Source: Candidatus Oxydemutatoraceae bacterium | GTDB lineage: Bacteria; Pseudomonadota; Gammaproteobacteria; Poriferisulfidales; Oxydemutatoraceae | Direction of reading: 5' to 3' | DNA length: 64,000 nucleotides | Assembly (NCBI GenBank): GCA_965220085.1 | Contig: CBDCOZ010000003.1 | Location: 1,344,001-1,408,000, forward strand | In this document: in pieces, positions 51,795-62,100 of the stretch | Layout: every line of letters starts with the position of its first letter | How positions within the stretch are numbered: the stretch's first letter is position 1 | Position numbers and translations under genes: made by a program | The notes under the pieces: model-generated | The model's database searches: none | Told to the model about the DNA's origin: nothing | The model's input: the letters and a program-made list of their open reading frames with translations, nothing else

Positions 51795-51880
51795 TGCGTA
51801 GGTGGCTTTGGCGCGGACGGTATTAAAGTCTATGAACCAAGATTTGAAAAGAGTCTGAGCTATTGCTCCAAGGCTTCCTA
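51795..51880 (-). pseudogene. hsdS fragment (central conserved region)
   Basis: LGAIAQTLFKSWFIDFNTVRAKA aligns with LEAMAQALFKSWFIDFDPVHAKV in the intact hsdS (about 48635-48705). Confidence 0.75.
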
Positions 51881-51924
51881 CAGAGTAGTCGCCTTTATCT
51901 AGTTTGGACGGGGTCAGTTTGTCC

Positions 51925-52245
51925 TTATGATTCGCCTCGGCGGAGAATCGCATAGTCTCGCTCTATCTCTTTGTGGAAGTTCTCGGGCAGGCGCGCCCAG
52001 TCGCGGGCTTCCACTATGATGGGGATGGCGGAGTCGCGGACGGCTTCGGTGAAGTCGGTCAGAGCATCGGCGGGGATTGGCTGCAGGTCGGGCGCGCGCA
52101 GCACCAGGTCCAGGTCGCTGCCTTCGTGGGCGCGGCCATTGATGCGGCTGCCATAGGCCCATACTTCCACGGCGGGCAGGTGTTCTCGCAACAGCTGCTC
52201 CAGCATGGCGCGATGGCGCGGGTTGAGGCGCAGGCGGTCAATCAT
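51925..52245 (-). CDS. Stand-alone MNT nucleotidyltransferase (antitoxin-like)
   Basis: MIDRLRLNPRHRAMLEQLLREHLPAVEVWAYGSRINGRAHEGSDLDLVL, with the GS..DxD motif intact. Confidence 0.88.
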   Translation of the reverse strand: MIDRLRLNPRHRAMLEQLLREHLPAVEVWAYGSRINGRAHEGSDLDLVLRAPDLQPIPADALTDFTEAVRDSAIPIIVEARDWARLPENFHKEIERDYAILRRGES

Positions 52246-52648
52246 TGTTGGCGGCCTTGATGGCGGCGACAAGGGCGCGGGCATCGGCGGAGAACTGCGG
52301 CAACAGTTGCAATGCGTTGTCGGGTAGGGTCTCGTTGCTGTCCATTTGGTCTGTGTGGTTGCGGTATTCAAGCCAGCGTTCGCAGGCGGCGCAGTCTATT
52401 ATGTCGTGTTTGGCGGCGTGGCGAAAGCAGTCCCGGAATGTGAGGGCATCGGCCTTGCGGTTGCTGGCAAAGTATTCGGCCAGACGCTTGCGCAACAGTT
52501 TGCCGCTTTGTTCCAGGATGCGCTCAAACTCTACGGCGCATACATCATGGCCTATTCTGTATCTAAGGCTGTCCGGTTCATTATCCTGCATCTGCCCTAT
52601 GGCGGCATCCAGCATGTCTATGCAACTTTCTAAAAAGCTGGTATCCAT
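52238..52648 (-). CDS. Second HEPN / nucleotidyltransferase substrate-binding protein with a degenerate RX4H motif
   Basis: EFERILEQSGKLLRKRL...LTFRDCFRHAAKH...ERWLEYRNHTDQ; no His at R+5. Confidence 0.8.
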   Translation of the reverse strand: MDTSFLESCIDMLDAAIGQMQDNEPDSLRYRIGHDVCAVEFERILEQSGKLLRKRLAEYFASNRKADALTFRDCFRHAAKHDIIDCAACERWLEYRNHTDQMDSNETLPDNALQLLPQFSADARALVAAIKAANND

Positions 52649-53051
52649 GTTCACCTGTCTGTTCCCAATCCGATGGCACGAGGGCGGCAACCTAAGTTTG
52701 ATTCTGGCACAACAATCCTTGCATAATGCGGTGGCTCCATGCTAAATACGGGCAATCCGACAGGGAGACACTTTATCATCTCTGCCGCGCTTTGGGTAAG
52801 GTCAATTGTTGGCATAACGGACATCAAGAGGCTTTGAATTAAATAAGGAGCAAGCCCATATGGACAGGCGGGTTCTGTAGAAACTTTCTGCTCAAACTCA
52901 CTTCTCTTCATCGTAATCTTACAAGGTTCCTATGATATTGGGAATTGATCGCAGGTTAGGGGCGTATAATTCTAAGTGTGGGTACTCAGTCAGGTGGCAC
53001 TTCACCGCCTTTCGAAATGAAAAGTGATTTTAGCGCATGGATGCCATATGC

Positions 53052-53746
53052 ATTTCCAAATATAATAAAAACCCAATGTGAATCATATATATAGAGAGAA
53101 GATGGATTTCCAAATTTAATAAAAACCCACCGTGAATCATATATATAGAGAGGAGATGGATTTCCAAATTTAATAAACTTAACCTCATAGGGCCTACAGG
53201 TGCCGGTTGCGATGAAATAAGAAACTTCCTGTAAATCATATAAGGTTGGCGACTGAAAGTGAGTTTCAGGATTAAATAAGAAAATGCAGATATATCAGCA
53301 ACATATAGAGAATGATGGCTGAAAACAGATTTCCAGATTAAATAAGAATCATGCCCACGATGGGCAGGCGGATATCTAGGGCATACTTGCGGGTGCCGTT
53401 TGCGTTAAAATAAGAAACTTCCTGTAAATCATATAGTTAACACCCTCAATGGCTTCAAGTGCCGTTTGCGTTAAAATAAGAATCATGCCCGCGATGGTAT
53501 CTGGCACATTAACTAAGTGCCGTTTGCGCTAAAATAAGAAACTTCCTGTAAATCATATAGTTAACACCCTCAATGGCCTCAAGTGCCGTTTGCGTTAAAA
53601 TAAGAAACTTCCTGTAAATCATATAAGGTTGGCGACTGAAAGTAAGTTTCAGGATTAAATAAGAAAATTCCGATATATCAGTAACATATAGAGAATTATG
53701 GCTGAAAACAGATTTCCAGATTAAATAAGAATCATGCCCACGATGG
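53052..53746. repeat. AT-rich composite repeat array
   Basis: A 54-bp unit x2.3 (53053, 53107, 53161); GTGCCGTTTGCG(T/C)TAAAATAAGAA at about 53393, 53459, 53517 and 53583; and a direct repeat of about 150 bp at 53215-53363 / 53597-53746. Confidence 0.85.
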
Positions 53747-55147
53747 TAGGTATCTGGCATACTTTCTGGAACCTGCAGTATTTATATCCATTTTAATTAG
53801 ATTAGCTTTCACTGCATCCGCAATGATTCTGGAGATGATACTTGTGTTGCTTTTGCTTGATGGCAACCCAAACCTTTTACGAAACGACTGGTTGGTCATT
53901 CGTCGTTGCGACACATGCAACAAAACGCAGTGTTGGTAGCAGGCGCGAATACGCTCAGCACGGTCCATTTTACTGAATGGGCGCGGACCAAAGATAATAA
54001 CGATTGTGCGCTTCAAGTCGGCTCGGAAATCCGGCGCGGGCAATTGATAATCTTCCGCCTCTTGTATTACCTTATCAATCCCGCTGCTCCTTTCTTCGCA
54101 GATGCCAAAGCGCCGCATGATATCCGTAAGATCCTCGTTGCGGGATTGGTGTCTGTCAATGAAGCGTTTAACAGGCACAATTGGTTCGCCGGGATTGCTT
54201 ATCTCAACTCGGTCGGGATATACCTCAATCATAGGCGACATCCCGCGCTCTTCAAAATCTTGGTGAACCAAAGCATTTGCCACCAACTCGCGGATAGATG
54301 TCTCGGGAAGCATCTTAATCTCCCTGCGGAGAGCGTTTTCAATCACTTCGTTCTGCGGCAGATTGTCCATTACATGTCGCACTAAGTTCTGAAATCCAAC
54401 TGCGTATCCTTTGTATTCTGTGTCGTCTCTCGCTGCTTGTGTTTTGTCGTTTCCCTTATACACAATAACACGCGGCGCTTTGTAGGCGACACTTCTAAAA
54501 TCTCGCAGGTTGTTGGCCAAGGTTACAGCGGCAAGATTGCTGATGGCATATCTGTCACCCCGGCCGGTTATAAGGCGCTCTGCCATGAGTTTGTCAATAA
54601 CTCCCATAAGGTCGCTCGGGTACGGCAGATTAAGCAGAGCAAAGAAGGTCTGTGTGTCAAGAAGGCGCGCAATATCCTGCGCATTGACATCGCTTGCTGC
54701 GGGTTGTTGCAACCAGTCCGGTTTCCCTTCTGCAAAGATGTTCCTGAGTCGGTCCTCGCTCATCGGCCTCAGTTCTGAGCCAATGCGCATCAGGTAAGCG
54801 CCCTCATGGCTATATGCTGTGCCTTGGGGACGAGACGGAATCGCAAAAGCCAGCACCCTGCCGTCAGGATGTGTGACTTCGGTGACATTTACTCGAAACT
54901 TGATGAGCTCATATATCTTGGATGCTATTTTTTGAGGGTTTATAAATGCCCGGGTGCCTACTACCTTGCGCGGCTTTTGGTCAGTCACTCCCAATACCAG
55001 ATGACCGCCGCCTTCATTGGCTATGGCAACGCAGTACTTACAGAGCCTGTTGGTATCAAATTGCGACTTAGCTTCTTTGAATTCCAACTGTTGGTTTTCG
55101 GTTGATGAACCTAACCAGCGGTCAATTTGTTGCGTGGTTATGCTCAT
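53732..55147 (-). CDS. Schlafen/AlbA_2 + HATPase_c_4 ATP-binding protein
   Basis: ENQQLEFKEA...VAIANEGGGHLVLGV (AlbA_2); IRELVANALVHQDF, IEVYPDRVEISNPG, SRN and EERSSGIDK (HATPase_c_4). Strong RBS GGAGGAG. Confidence 0.88.
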   Translation of the reverse strand: MSITTQQIDRWLGSSTENQQLEFKEAKSQFDTNRLCKYCVAIANEGGGHLVLGVTDQKPRKVVGTRAFINPQKIASKIYELIKFRVNVTEVTHPDGRVLAFAIPSRPQGTAYSHEGAYLMRIGSELRPMSEDRLRNIFAEGKPDWLQQPAASDVNAQDIARLLDTQTFFALLNLPYPSDLMGVIDKLMAERLITGRGDRYAISNLAAVTLANNLRDFRSVAYKAPRVIVYKGNDKTQAARDDTEYKGYAVGFQNLVRHVMDNLPQNEVIENALRREIKMLPETSIRELVANALVHQDFEERGMSPMIEVYPDRVEISNPGEPIVPVKRFIDRHQSRNEDLTDIMRRFGICEERSSGIDKVIQEAEDYQLPAPDFRADLKRTIVIIFGPRPFSKMDRAERIRACYQHCVLLHVSQRRMTNQSFRKRFGLPSSKSNTSIISRIIADAVKANLIKMDINTAGSRKYARYLPSWA

Positions 55148-55323
55148 TTATCTCCTCCGGAGCCATTGCCCGAAGCCATTGCCCGAAGCCATTGCCCGAA
55201 GCCATTGCCCGAAGCCATTGCTTTCTTCTTTGCCATATTGTTTCTCATACTTCTTTATAGTATTACAACTCAAACACAAGCCAGAGCCATTGCCCGAAGC
55301 CATTGCTTTCTTCTTTGCCATAT
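55144..55323 (-). pseudogene. Two tandem remnants of the hsdM 5' end ([12 protein letters not shown])
   Basis: GCCATTGCTTTCTTCTTTGCCATATT occurs at 51581, about 55214 and about 55298. Confidence 0.8.
55161..55221. repeat. 13-bp tandem repeat AGCCATTGCCCGA x4.7 within a duplicated hsdM 5' end
   Basis: Read directly from the sequence. The unit derives from the hsdM N-terminal codons (A-P-G-N-G-S). Confidence 0.92.
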
Positions 55324-55419
55324 TCTCTGACGTATTGTTTCTCTGATGCAATTCCAATGCGCGCGACAGTATATATTAAGCGGTCAGTGTAGCATGGCAT
55401 GGCGCGGGTACCGACCAAT

Positions 55420-55614
55420 GGGAATTATATGCCTGTGTATGCAAAACAGCCTGTCAGTCCGCAATCCTAAAATTGACTCCGGCCATTGCGCTGCTTTGCG
55501 CTCTGTTTCAGACATCTTATACAGTTCAAATAATCCGATTGTCTTTGCCTTTCTCTTTGCCATTGAAATACCCCTATTCAATGGTCTGATTGCATACACA
55601 GGCATATATTCCCC
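55420..55614 (-). mobile_element. 195-bp IS1595-derived MITE, copy 2 (direct orientation to copy 1)
   Basis: 192/195 identical to 40675-40869, with the same terminal inverted repeats. Confidence 0.88.
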
Positions 55615-55699
55615 GGAGAATAGAAGCCCTCCGCCGCTGATATTCTGCCCTCGCGGGAAAATCCGCCGAATGCGGCAAGCCGGGAGGGGAAATGACAAG

Positions 55700-56050
55700 C
55701 CCCGCCTTTGCCGGGGAGTTGCTCCGCCCACTACGCGACGCCAGCGCACTGACACTTTGCCTGCGTACCCCCTTTGCCGGGGAGTTGCTCCGCCGTACGA
55801 AGCGCGTTCAAACGGCGTTTGAACGCCTGCGCATCCTCCTTGCCGGGAGGGGGCGCTACGCCCTGCTGGCGATTGTCGTCATCGCACTGTTTGCCTGCGT
55901 ACCCCCTTGCCGGGGAATTGTGCCGCCGTACGAAGCGCGTTCAAACGGCGTTTGAACGCCTGCGTACCCTCCTTGCCGGGAGGAGGCGCTACGCCCTGCT
56001 GGCGATTGTCGTCATCGCGCTGTTTGCCTGCGTACCCCCTTGCCGGGGGT
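55700..56050. repeat. BIME/REP-like array of hairpin-bearing units (about 66-bp period, 133-bp higher-order repeat)
   Basis: GCCTGCG(T/C)A(C/T)CC(C/T)C(C)TTGCCGGG at 55759, 55825, 55893, 55958 and 56026. The linkers alternate, and one carries the perfect hairpin GCGTTCAAAC-GGC-GTTTGAACGC. Confidence 0.85.
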
Positions 56051-56131
56051 GCGCCGCCTTGTGCCCGCGGCTCAGACTCCGCACTCGGCGCGAGCGCTCC
56101 TGCCGCGAGGCGCGCGACGGTTGGCGCGAAG

Positions 56132-59100
56132 TTAGCGGAGGGGGCCTTCGAGAAAGAGGCGCAGGCGCAACTTGATCCGGGGGGCATCTGTGCTGTCCAA
56201 ACCAAACATGCCCCCCGCATATACCCGCACGGGAAAAGGAACGGAAGTCTCTCCGTCCCGTGTCACTTGGACCATTAATGTGTGTTCTCGGGCATCTCCG
56301 TAATCCGATGCGGCTGCTGCCAGCGTAATCTCGCCGCTCTCGGCATCTATCACAAACAAGCCGCCCGCGTCATCCGTCAGCGTCCATGTCAAGCCGGTCG
56401 TGACCGGTTCGTTATTCTCATCGCGGACCATGAACGTGATGCCGCCGACTTGCGCGCCGGCGGCCGCGTTCTCGGCGATGATACTGCTCGCGCCATCGTC
56501 GTCCGTAACCGTCAGGGTATCCGGCACATTTTCAATCGTTATCAATAGCGGCAAGGCGGCGGATACGACATCGCCGACTTCGGCCGTCGCCATCACCGCA
56601 TGGGTTTGCGTGCTTTCGTAATCCAGCGCGGCGGAAGCGCGCAGACTGATTGCGCCGCTGATTGCATCCGCTGCGAACAAGCCGTCGGCATTATCCGTCA
56701 GTTCCCAGGTCACGCCGGTCGTTACCGGTTCGTCATTCTCATCGCGGGCAACGAGCGCGATGCCATCCACTTGCGCGCCGGCGGGCGCATTCTCGGCGAT
56801 CGTATTGGTCGCGGGATCGCTGTCCGTAACCTCCAGGGTCTCCAGCGCGTTTTCAATCGTTATCTCTACCGTCAAGGCGGCGGCTGCGACATCGCCGACT
56901 GCGGCCGTCGCCATCACCGCATAGGTTGTTCGCGTACTTTCGTAATCCAGCGTGTCGGAAGCGCGCAGACTGATGGCGCCGCTATCGGTAGATATCTTAA
57001 ATACGCCGCCCGCGTCATCCGTCAGTTTCCAGGCCAAGCCGGTCGTGACCGGTTCGTTACGCTCATCGCGGACAACGAGCGCGATGCCATCCACTTGCGC
57101 GCCGGCGGGCGCATTCTCGGCGATCGTATTGGTCGTGCTATTGCTGTCCGTAACCTTCAGGGCCTCCAGCACATTTTCAATCGTTATCGGCAGCGGCAAG
57201 GCGGCGGATGCGACATCGCCGACTTCGACTGCCGCCATCACCGCATATGTTGTTTGCGTACTTTCGTAATCCAGCGCAGCGGAAGCGCGCAGACTGATGG
57301 CGCCGCTATCGGCATCTATCGCGAACAAGCCGTCGGCATTATCCGTCAGTTTCCAGGCCAAGCCGGTCGTTACCGGTTCGTTACGTTCATCGCGGACAAC
57401 GAGCGCGATGCCATCAACTTGCGCGCCGGCGGTTGCATTCTCGGCGATGGCATTGATCGCGCTATTGCTGTCCGTAACCTTCAGGGTCTCCAGCGCGTTT
57501 TCAATCGTTATCTCTAACGGAAAGACGGAGGATGTGACACCGCCGACTTCGACTGCCACCCACAACGTATATATTTGCGCGCTTTCATAATCCAGCGCGG
57601 CTGTTGCCAGCGTAATCTCGCCGCTATCGGCAGCTATCTTAAATAAGCCGCCCGCGTCATCTGTCAGTTTCCAGGTCACGCCGGTCGTTACCCGATTCTC
57701 ATTCTCATCGCGGGCCATCAGCGCGATGCCATCCACTGGCGCGCCGACGTCAGTATTCTCGGCGATCGTATTGGTCGCGGGATTGCTGTCCGTAACCGTC
57801 AGGGTCTCAAGCACATTTTCAACCGTTATCTCTAACGGAAAGGCGGCGGATGCGACATCGCCGACTTGGGCTGTCACCATCACCGTATGCATGGGCATGC
57901 TTTCGTAATCCGGCATAGCGAAAGTACGCAGACTGATTGCGCCGCTGACCGCATCCGCCGCGAACAAGCCGCGCGCGCCATCCGTCAGTTTCCAGGTCAC
58001 GCCGGTCGTGACCGGTTCGTCATTCTCATCGCGGGCAATGAGCGCGATGCCATCCACTTGCGCGCCGATGGCAGCATCCTCGGCGATGACATTGGTCGCG
58101 GGATTGCTGTCCGTAACCGTCAGGGTCTCCAGCGCGTTTTCAATCGTTATCTCTAACGGCAAGGCGGCGGATGCGACATCGCCGACTTCGGCCGTCGCCA
58201 TCACCGCATGGGTTTGCGTGCTTTCGTAATCCAGCGCGGCTGTTGCCAGCGTAATCTCGCCGCTATCGGCAGCTATCTTAAATACGCCGCCCGCGTCATC
58301 CGTCAGTTTCCAGGCCAAGCCGGTCGTGACCCGCTTGTTATTCTCATCGCGGACAATGAACGCGATGCCGTCAACTTGCGCGCCGGCGGTCGCATTCTCG
58401 GCGATGACATTGGTCGCGGGATTGCTGTCCGTAATCTCCAGGGTCTCCAGCGCGTTTTCAATCGTTATCTCTAACGGCAAGGCGGCGGATGCGACATCGC
58501 CGACTTCGGCCGTCGCCATCACCGCATGGGTTTGCGTGCTTTCGTAATCCAGCGCGGCTGTTGCCAGCGTAATCTCGCCGCTATCGGCAGCTATCTTAAA
58601 TAAGCCGCCCGCGTCATCTGTCAGTTTCCAGGTCACGCCGGTCGTTACCCGCTTGTTATTCTCATCGCGGACAATGAACGCGATGCCGTCAACTTGCGCG
58701 CCGGCAGTCGCATTCTCGGCGATCGTATTGGTCGTGCTATCGCTGTCCGTAACCTTCAGGGTCTCCAGCGCGTTTTCAATCGTTATCGCCAACGGCAAGG
58801 CGGCGGATGCGACATCGCCGACTTCGGCCGTCGCCATCACCGCATGGGTTTGCGTGCTTTCGTAATCCAGCGTGGCGGAAGCGCGCAGACTGATGGCGCC
58901 GCTATCGACATCTATCGCAAACAAGCCGTCGGCGTCATCCGTCAGTTTCCAGGCCAAGCCGGCCGTTACCGGTTCGTCATTCTCATCGCGGACAACGAAC
59001 GCGATGCCGTCAACTTGCGCGCCGGCAGTCGCATTCTCGGCGATCGTATTGGTCGTGCTATCGCTGTCCGTAACCTTCAGGGTCTCCAGCGCGTTTTCAA

Positions 59101-62100
59101 TCGTTATCGCTAACGTCAAGGCGGCGGATGCGACATCGCCGACTTCGACTGCCGCCATCACCGCATAGGTTGTTCGCGTACTTTCGTAATCCAGCATGTC
59201 GGAAGCGCGCAGACTGATGGCGCCGCTATCGGCATCTATCGCGAACAAGCCGTCGGCGTCATCCGTCAGTTTCCAGGCCAAGCCGGTCGTTACCGGTTCG
59301 GCATTCTCATCGCGGGCAATGAGCGCGATGCCATCCACTTGCGCGCCGGCGGTCGCATTCTCGGCGATCGTATTGGCGGCGCTATCGCTGTCCGTAACCT
59401 TCAGGGTCTCCAGCGCGTTTTCAATCGTTATCGCTAACGACAAGGCGGCGGATGCGACATCGCCGACTTCGACCGTCGCCATCACCGCATATGTTCGCGT
59501 GCTTTCGTAATCCAGCGCAGCGGAAGCGCGCAGACTGATGGCGCCGCTAGCGGCATCTATCGCGAACAAGCCGTCGGCGTTATCCGTCAGTTTCCAGGCC
59601 AAGCCGGTCGTTATCGGTTCGTTACGCTCATCGCGGACAACGAACATGATGCCATCCACTTGCGCGCCGGCGGTCGCATTCTCGGCGATGGCATTGGTCG
59701 CGCTATTGCTGTCCGTAATCTCCAGGGCCTCCAGCGCGTTTTCAATCGTTATCGTCAATTCCCATGCGGCCGTCTCATAACCATCGGCCGCGGCCGTTAC
59801 CGTTATCGCGTGACGCTCCGCTATCTCAAAATTCAATGCGCCAACCGCCGTGACCTCGCCGCTGTCGCGGTCTATCGCAAACAAGCCGCTCGGATCGATC
59901 AACCCCCATGTCACTCCGCTTACGACAGCGCCATCAACGTCCCGCGCCGTCGGCGCCACGCCCGATACCGCCGCGCCCGCCGGCGCGTTCTCGGCAATCG
60001 CATTGGCGGCGCTATCGCTGTCCGTAATCATCAAGATCTCCGCCACATCCTTGACGTCTATCGTTAGCGTCAGGGTTCTCACGAACGCAGCCATTGAAAC
60101 TTGCGCCGTTATCGTGTGACTCTCCGCTGTCTCAAAATCCAATGCGCCGATTAATCTAATCTCGCCGCTGTCGCGGTCTATTGCGAACAAGCCGCCCGCA
60201 CCGTCGGTCAGAGCCCACCTCAGACCTTCTGTCACTTCCAGTTCGCCTTCGTTTGCCGTCAGATCGATGCCGGATACCCGCGTGCCCGACGATGCGTCCT
60301 CGGCAATCATGTTGGCGGCGCTATCGCTGTCTTCGATCGTCAATGATTCCACTGTGTTGGCAATATGTATCGTCAGTTCCCATGCGGCTGTCGCATAACC
60401 GGCGGCCATGGCCGTCACCGTTATCGCGTGACTCTGCGCCGTCTCAAAGTCCAATGCGCCAATCACCGTTATCTCGCCGCTGTCGCGGTCTATCGCGAAC
60501 AAGCCGCTTGGCTCGGCCAATCCCCATGTCACTCCGCTTACGGCAGAGCCATCGGCGACCTGCGCCGCCAGCACTACGCTTGATATCACCGTGCCCGTCG
60601 TCGTATTCTCGGCAATCGCATTGGCGGCGCCCTCGCGATCCCTGATTGACAAGATCCCCGCCAACTCGTAATGGTAGACGCTGCGACTCGCTTCGCCGCC
60701 GTTGATGACGGCCGCAACATGGTATGCATCTCCGTTCGCCGCGCCGGTCGCCGCATATGTCGCGGTCTTTAACCCCGATGCGCCCGATAGCGCCGCCCCG
60801 TTGCGATAGATTCTGTAAGTCATATCCGCTGCCGCATCGACACACGCGCCGTCAGTCCAATGCGATGTGTCGGGCGGTGTCCAGGCCAAGGTAACCACGG
60901 TCGTATCATCGGAGTCCGGCAGGTTGCCGTTCAATCCTTGCGGGCCGTCGCGTAACTGGCAGCCGAATTCCTGCCAACTCGCGTTGCTGTCACCGTCAAA
61001 ATCAATTTTCAGCGCGGGGTATTGCGAGGCCGTGCCGAAGTCCCAATAATCCGTCGCATTGCCAGCGGAGTCATTCGCATCCCAGCCGGCATAGATGCCG
61101 GCATAGGTCGTCGGGGCCTGCAACTCGGCGGTCGTCTTGGCGGCCACATCGCCGCTATCGCCGGCGGCGCTGCCGCTGCCGAATCCGGCGCTGACATCGG
61201 ATGTGTCGCTGTCCCAACAGACCGCGGCGAAGGCGCCGGCGTGGGAGCCGCTGTTGGTTCCGGCGATGCCGCCGCGCGCGCTTGCGCCGCGGGCAATCTG
61301 CGCGGTCGCATAACCATAGTTGAGCGTCGCATCGCCAAACCAGCCGAACAGACCGCCCGGACTGGTCTTCTCGCTGCCGCGGGTCGCGTCCATGCGACCG
61401 GTGGCATACGCATGCTCCGCTGTGGCGCCATCCCGTATGGCGCCGCTTATGCCGGCAGGTTCCCTGTCGGCATGCACATTGCCGCTCGCATAGCTCCTGC
61501 GCACCGCGCCGCCGCCGGTTATAAAGCCTGCCAGCGGCGACGCGCGCAGTCCGCCCGTTACCGCGACCGCCGAATATGCCTCCTCTATTGTCGTATTATT
61601 CGCAAGGCCAACCAGCCCGCCGGTATCCGTATTATTGCTGAGCAACGCCGTAACCGACCCCGTCACACCAAGATTGGAAAGCGTCGCGCCATCGGCATAG
61701 CCGAACAATGCCTGCCGGTGGCCGTTGCGGTCAAGGTACAAGTTGTAAATGGTGTGACCATTGCCGTTGAATGTCGCTGTGAATTTTATCGCGGCATTGC
61801 CAATCGGCATCCAGCCCGCGCCGCTTGTCCAGGCGGCATTGACAGTGCGCGAGGCATAGCTTGCCGCATCATCAAAATCCAAATCGGTCGTCAATTCGTA
61901 GCCGGCGCAAGCGCCCGGACAACCCATGCCGACGGGAGCATCGGGGAATGCGCGAGCATAATCGTCCCTGCGGTCCGCCGCAGTGTCGCCGTCGCCATCC
62001 GGGTCCCAACGCATCGCATCGAACTGTTCCAGATTGCTGATTTCAATCAAACCATTGTCATTGCTATCGTAGTCTGTTGCCCCGGATACGGCCCTGCCGC

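Larger units (their letters stand above)
40458..55613. mobile_element. About 15.2-kb composite element/defence island bounded by IS1595-type ends
   Basis: Left end GGGGATTATATGC (40458); right end GCATATATTCCC (55613). Flanks CGGAAAAT (40450-40457) and CGGAGAAT (55614-55621) match at 7/8. GC is visibly lower than in the flanking giant genes. Confidence 0.6.

Noticed and set aside
47952-51880. Invertible hsdS shufflon (phase-variable type I RM)
   Set aside because: The second hsdS piece is under 100 bp, in the same orientation and lacks a TRD. No inverted repeats or recombinase were seen.
52651-52911. 86-aa ORF upstream of the second HEPN
   Set aside because: No recognisable motif. It could be a remnant, but I cannot support a call.
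53200-53746. CRISPR array, or DGR template repeat for the AlbA 3' end
   Set aside because: The inter-repeat sequences are themselves repeated. Differences from the gene end are not adenine-specific and include indels, and there is no reverse transcriptase in the window.
55700-56050. CRISPR array
   Set aside because: The spacers are duplicated (A-B-A-B) and palindromic, the repeats are degenerate, and there are no cas genes in the window.
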